A stretch of DNA of 64,000 bases from an uncultured Acidobacteriota bacterium (lineage in GTDB: Bacteria > Acidobacteriota > UBA6911), in the NCBI GenBank assembly GCA_963843575.1, contig CAWJKZ010000012.1, positions 224,001 through 288,000 on the forward strand, in the 5' to 3' direction. How positions within the stretch are numbered: the stretch's first letter is position 1; the number at the start of each line of letters is the position of its first letter. Below, piece after piece: positions 60,023 through 64,000 of this stretch. A program made the translations under genes and the position numbers. Under the pieces are notes generated by a model. The model was not told the origin of the DNA. It did not search any database and worked only from the letters and a program-made list of their open reading frames with translations.

Positions 60023-60883
60023 TTGATTACTCTCGAAATGCTTTCCGATATGTGCTGCCCAATTTGTCGCAGCGGGGGATTGAAAGCCGATATTGCCAGG
60101 CAAGAAAACGGCAAAATCATCGAGGGCCAGTTGGTCTGCAGCCTGAAGGGAGAGAGTTACCCGGTTCGTTCCGGGGTGGCTGATTTCATACCCCGCAGTC
60201 TGTTGAGCGACGTGCAATGGAAGATGTGGCAGGATCATTTGCTCGGTTTCCAGGAGCGGCGGGACGAACGCATCAGGGAACCGCATCGGCAAGTTCATGC
60301 CCTCGCAAAGAAATCGCGCTCAAGAAACGCAAAAAGTAAGTTTGCCGAGTTCGCGGGTATCCGGGAAGGAAAAGTGTTGGACCTGGGATGCGGCCCCGGC
60401 AACTTCAGGTTCAACTTGAATGACAACGTTGAATACTATGGCCTTGATCCCCTGCCGTTGCTGGAGGTGGCGGAGTTTCCGTTCGTCTGTGCTTTGTCAG
60501 AGTACATGCCCTTCAAAAACGACACGTTTTCCCATCTGTTGGTGATTGACGCGATGGACCATTTTAAAGACCTGGAAGCTTCCTTCAAAGAAGCGCTCCG
60601 GATTCTCAAACCCGTCGGTAAATTCCATCTGATCCAGGTTATCCATGATTTAAAAGGACCGGTATCGGCGGTCAAGGTGTTCACCCATTGGGTGAAGGAT
60701 TCCCTGGAAGAGCATGCTACCAAGATCAAGAACCCCGACGCTCCCAAACATATGACCGAATTCACCAGCGCATCGCTGCGTGAATTCATGAACCGCTATT
60801 TCACCATCGACGCGGTGCGCATTTACAACGAAAAATGGTACAGCCCGACCAAGTTATTCCTGAGCATGTCTCCCCTGCCATAA
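60023..60883 (+). CDS. Class I SAM-dependent methyltransferase with N-terminal Trm112-like zinc ribbon
   Basis: CCPIC...LVC...YPVRSGVADF; VLDLGCGPG; LRILKP; start uncertain. Confidence 0.8.
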   Translation: MITLEMLSDMCCPICRSGGLKADIARQENGKIIEGQLVCSLKGESYPVRSGVADFIPRSLLSDVQWKMWQDHLLGFQERRDERIREPHRQVHALAKKSRSRNAKSKFAEFAGIREGKVLDLGCGPGNFRFNLNDNVEYYGLDPLPLLEVAEFPFVCALSEYMPFKNDTFSHLLVIDAMDHFKDLEASFKEALRILKPVGKFHLIQVIHDLKGPVSAVKVFTHWVKDSLEEHATKIKNPDAPKHMTEFTSASLREFMNRYFTIDAVRIYNEKWYSPTKLFLSMSPLP

Positions 60884-60899
60884 ATGGGCCCACCCCGTT

Positions 60900-61601
60900 G
60901 CTGAAGGAACGCCTGAAAGGTGACGGTGCCGGCCCAAACGCTGTTTGTTGAGATCACCATCCGGGCAGTTGGACAAGGGAACCGTGCTGCTGGAAGTGAA
61001 CCTCATCCATCGCCCAGAGGTCGACGTCTTCGCTTCTTGCCAACCGGCGGAGTTTTTTTTACCCGGGCCTGTTCCTCAGGGCTGGCGTTGGCGATCAGCG
61101 GCCTCGGTTTCCGCAGGCGAAATCCGAGCTGCCGGAACAATCGTTGGCATTGCCGGGCTCCAAGGCTTACATCCCACTGGGTTTTCACGAACGCCGAGAG
61201 GGTCTTGCCGTCCCATAGGTTTCCTGTCAGCCCGAAATCGGTCGGCTGCATGCGCAACGCCTCGTCGATGCCCCGGATGTGCTCCTCGCTCAATCGCCGC
61301 GGACGACCGGGTTTCTCCTCCTCGGTCAGACCGCCCAGTCCGTCCCGTTCAAACCGCCGCACCCAGTAGGCCACGGTCCGTGGTGCGTCGCCGAGCAACT
61401 CCGACACTTGGCGGCAGCTCATTCCCTGGGCGACGAGAAGAACTCCGTGGAGGCGGTGATCATATCGAGATTCCTCGGAGCGCCGGATCTCATCCTGCAG
61501 CCCGAGAACTACGGTTTCCGCATCGCTTATGGTTAGTGGCTTCATGCCACCAGAGTATCACCAAGGCTCACGATGCGCAATTACTTATGACGTCATGTAT
61601 A
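60900..61601 (-). mobile_element. Truncated IS630-family element (HTH orfA intact, DDE domain broken)
   Basis: ORF 61003..61545 with WVRRF..G, PGRP..L, W, LGFRLRKPRP; A8 slippery run at 61053-61060; -1 frame reads DVDLWAMDEVHFQQHGS then stops; candidate end ending in TA near 61574-61601. Confidence 0.85.
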
Positions 61602-61706
61602 ATAACGTGGGCCTCCGCACCGCCCAAGAAAGACCCCAGGACATCTGATTGTTGGGGGTATACTCGTCACTGGCTGGAACGCGGAGATTCCGCCCAAGGA
61701 GCGTGT

Positions 61707-62795
61707 ATGTGGCCGTTCAGCCGGTCGTCTGGCCCGCCGGATGTCGAGAAGCTCAAAAAGAAGAAGGACGCAAAAGGACTATTGCGCGCCCTGGCTTATG
61801 GCGAAGAAAGGAAAGTGCGCGAGGGCGAAAACAGCAAGTGGGTCGACGCAGAGGTGATCCGGGTCGAACTGGGGGTCATTGAAGCGCTGGCAGAGATCGG
61901 GGCGACGTCGTCCATCGCGGAGGTCCTCCGGGTATTGCAGGAACCACGCGGATTCCACGCATCTACCTTCGTTCTGAGCTACGAGAAAGACCCCGCCAAT
62001 CCCTATGCTTTGGCGCTCTCGAAGTTCGGGGAGCCTGCGGTCCCTCATCTGGCAGGGATGCTCAAGACGAAGGGAACCTGGCTGCCTTGCGCGGCGGCGC
62101 TCGCTTTGGGGCATATGGGTCCGGCGGCCGCTGCGGCGGAGCCGGCGCTCATCGAGGTGGTCAGGCACTGCGGGAACCAGGGAGTGAGTCTTACCGCGGC
62201 CACGCTCTGGGCACTGGGGCAGGTTGCAGCCAGCCCGGAGGCCGCGGAGGCTCTGGTTGCGGTTCTCGCCGGAAATAGTCAGATCAGCGAAACCAACAAC
62301 AGGGCACTGCAAGTCCTGGCATCGGGGCGCTTCGGCCAGGCCGCGACCGATGCCCTCGCGAAAGTCGTCCAGGAACACGAACACGACATGCGTGTCAGCA
62401 GCGCCGGCCAGCGGGCCGCGCTCGCCCTGTGTCTCCTCAAGGACGAACGCGGCATGAAGGCCGCCTTGCCCCTGCTTCCCTCTAGCCGCGGCGACTCGTT
62501 GTTCCCAGCCGACAAGCACTTTCTGTCCGCCTTGGGCAACTTCGACGATCCTGCGGTCCGAGAGCACCTTCGAAAAACCCTGGACATTTTCGTGGCCGCA
62601 ATGGAGAAGTACGGCCAACACTCGGAACTGCCCTTCGACAACGCCTTCCAGACGGCGCTCGGGCTTGCCCAACTTAAGGACAATGCCGCGCTGCAGTTCC
62701 TTAGAGAGGCGCTGCGCAAGGGCAATCTGGGGAAGTACTACGACTCTTTGCTGGAGATGACCTACGACCAACTGGCGGCTCGGGCGCTGGCCTGA
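61707..62795 (+). CDS. HEAT/PBS-lyase repeat protein
   Basis: AAGGAG RBS, GPPDVEKLKKKKDAKGLLRAL start, repeated AALALG..G...A.PAL helices. Confidence 0.8.
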   Translation: MWPFSRSSGPPDVEKLKKKKDAKGLLRALAYGEERKVREGENSKWVDAEVIRVELGVIEALAEIGATSSIAEVLRVLQEPRGFHASTFVLSYEKDPANPYALALSKFGEPAVPHLAGMLKTKGTWLPCAAALALGHMGPAAAAAEPALIEVVRHCGNQGVSLTAATLWALGQVAASPEAAEALVAVLAGNSQISETNNRALQVLASGRFGQAATDALAKVVQEHEHDMRVSSAGQRAALALCLLKDERGMKAALPLLPSSRGDSLFPADKHFLSALGNFDDPAVREHLRKTLDIFVAAMEKYGQHSELPFDNAFQTALGLAQLKDNAALQFLREALRKGNLGKYYDSLLEMTYDQLAARALA

Positions 62796-62916
62796 TTCAT
62801 GCGGGCCGCGATTCCCGCCGCTTGCCGTTGTCGGTCGCCACTACTCCGTAAGATAGGAAGATCAAGCACAGTTGGGGCGAACACCAGGATCGACCCCATG
62901 GTATACATCTGGTCCC

Positions 62917-63204
62917 ATGATTCCCTTCTTCGTCGGCATGGTCAGCTGCCTCGGAGTCTTCTTCCGCTCCCGCTACAACCTGGGCCTCGAGATCCTCGCC
63001 CTTCGGCAGCAGCTTGGTGTGCTTAAGCGAAAGAACCCTCGGCCTCGACTCCGATTCCACGATCGGATGTTCTGGGTTCTCTTTCGCCGGCTGTGGCCCT
63101 CATGGGGCAGCGTTCTAGTCATCGTCACGCCGGAAACCGTTGTCGTCTGGCATCGGGCCGGGTTTCGGCTGTTCTGGCGCCTGCGATCACACCCGAAGTG
63201 CCTT
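62917..63204 (+). pseudogene. N-terminal fragment of an integrase-core transposase
   Basis: LEILALRQQLGVLKRKNPRPRL..DRMFWV...PETVVVWHRAGFRLFWR; cut at 63205 by a family B element. Confidence 0.75.
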
Positions 63205-63510
63205 AGTACTCGTGTTCAGAAATACGCTAACGTTTCCAGGACGCGGATTTGCGCGGATGCACGCGGATTTCTACCTGGTGGCAGGCCGCGCCCGGCATTC
63301 CTCCCCGAGGGCTGCCTTTGGCACGCATCAAAGCCCGCCTCCCGCAGGAAAACGTGGACCTTGAATCGAAGCGGCATCCTTCCAACCGCGCGTTTTCCTG
63401 CGGGAGGCGGGCTTTGATGCATCAGCGCGAAGCGCCGGCCCTCGGGGAGGAATGCCGGGCGCGGCCGATCCGCGTGAATCCGTAAAATCCGCGAAGATCC
63501 GCGTTCTGCT
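63205..63510. repeat. Family B element containing a nested double palindrome
   Basis: Perfect 29-bp arms 63284-63312 / 63438-63466 and perfect 30-bp arms 63325-63354 / 63391-63420, inside ACGCGGAT / ATCCGCG arms. Confidence 0.88.
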
Positions 63511-63548
63511 GTTGTCAATCGGTGACCAGCTCCATCCCAAGAATCCGG

Positions 63549-64000
63549 CTATTCGCTGCGCAGGGCGTCCATCGGATCGACCAGTGTGGCCTTGCGGGCG
63601 GGAAGATAGCAGGCCAGGACTCCGACCATCACGAAAAAGACCGCCACCAGTGCGTAGACAGTGGGATCGACGGGCCTGACGCCATACAGGCCTTGAAAGA
63701 CGAGCCGGGCCGAGCCAAAAGCCAAAAGCAAACCGAGCAGGATGCCGCCAGTGACCAGCGTCAGGCCCTGACATATGACATGGCGCAGGATCCCGGCAGG
63801 TGTCGCCCCCAAGGCTATCCGTACACCGATTTCGCGGGTTCGTTGCTCCACTACGCAGGCCAGCACCCCGTAAGTGCCCAGAGACGCCAACAGCAAGGCG
63901 AACCCGCCCAGGACTGAGAGGAAGATGAAGGCAACACGGTTGAGAAACGTGGCTGTAGACAGGCTTTGAGCTAATGTGAGGGATTGGTAGGGAACGACAT
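63549..64000 (-). CDS. ADOP/MacB-FtsX ABC permease, C-terminal part (runs off the right edge)
   Basis: QRTREIGVRIALGA, YLPARKATLVDPMDALRSE. Confidence 0.88.
   Translation of the reverse strand, partial: VVPYQSLTLAQSLSTATFLNRVAFIFLSVLGGFALLLASLGTYGVLACVVEQRTREIGVRIALGATPAGILRHVICQGLTLVTGGILLGLLLAFGSARLVFQGLYGVRPVDPTVYALVAVFFVMVGVLACYLPARKATLVDPMDALRSE

Noticed and set aside
62797-63060. 87-aa minus-strand ORF
   Set aside because: Antisense shadow of the integrase fragment

Overview
High-GC bacterial DNA whose gene content (three ADOP/MacB-type permeases, DUF1080, Tat-exported Gfo/Idh/MocA enzymes, BrxA/B) suggests an Acidobacteriota genome or MAG (inference). Left to right: (i) divergent sugar operons, a LsrB-like ABC system with a BtpA/SgcQ gene on the minus strand and an apparent oxidative D-apiose pathway on the plus strand (apnL-apsD-apnO-ABC-oiaC); (ii) an S9 peptidase and a dienelactone hydrolase; (iii) a ~10 kb module in which a sigma54 promoter drives a reeler-like CxxCH protein, a Rieske protein, a DUF2231 membrane protein and a reeler/DUF5777 beta-barrel, divergent from a sigma54 activator, a cupredoxin-like protein, a histidine kinase, a receiver protein and an outer-membrane barrel; (iv) beta-propeller/DUF362 pair, exeA-gspB, SGNH-like protein, oxidoreductase, ftsH; (v) HTH-PBP regulator with modABC; (vi) ABC permeases, a fluoride riboswitch ahead of a cation:proton antiporter, GH109-like enzyme, M20 peptidase, DUF1080, small basic protein, amidohydrolase; (vii) a lower-GC redox island (bacilliredoxin, 7Fe ferredoxin, SufR-like regulator, methyltransferase), IS630 and integrase remnants, and a HEAT-repeat protein. 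Most intergenic spaces carry one of at least four families of palindromic MITE/REP-like repeats, which nest inside each other and overlap gene ends. Many genes between ~17 and 37 kb have single-base frameshifts that look like long-read consensus errors. No rRNA, tRNA or CRISPR array was seen. All family assignments come from recognising motifs by eye; no database search was run.
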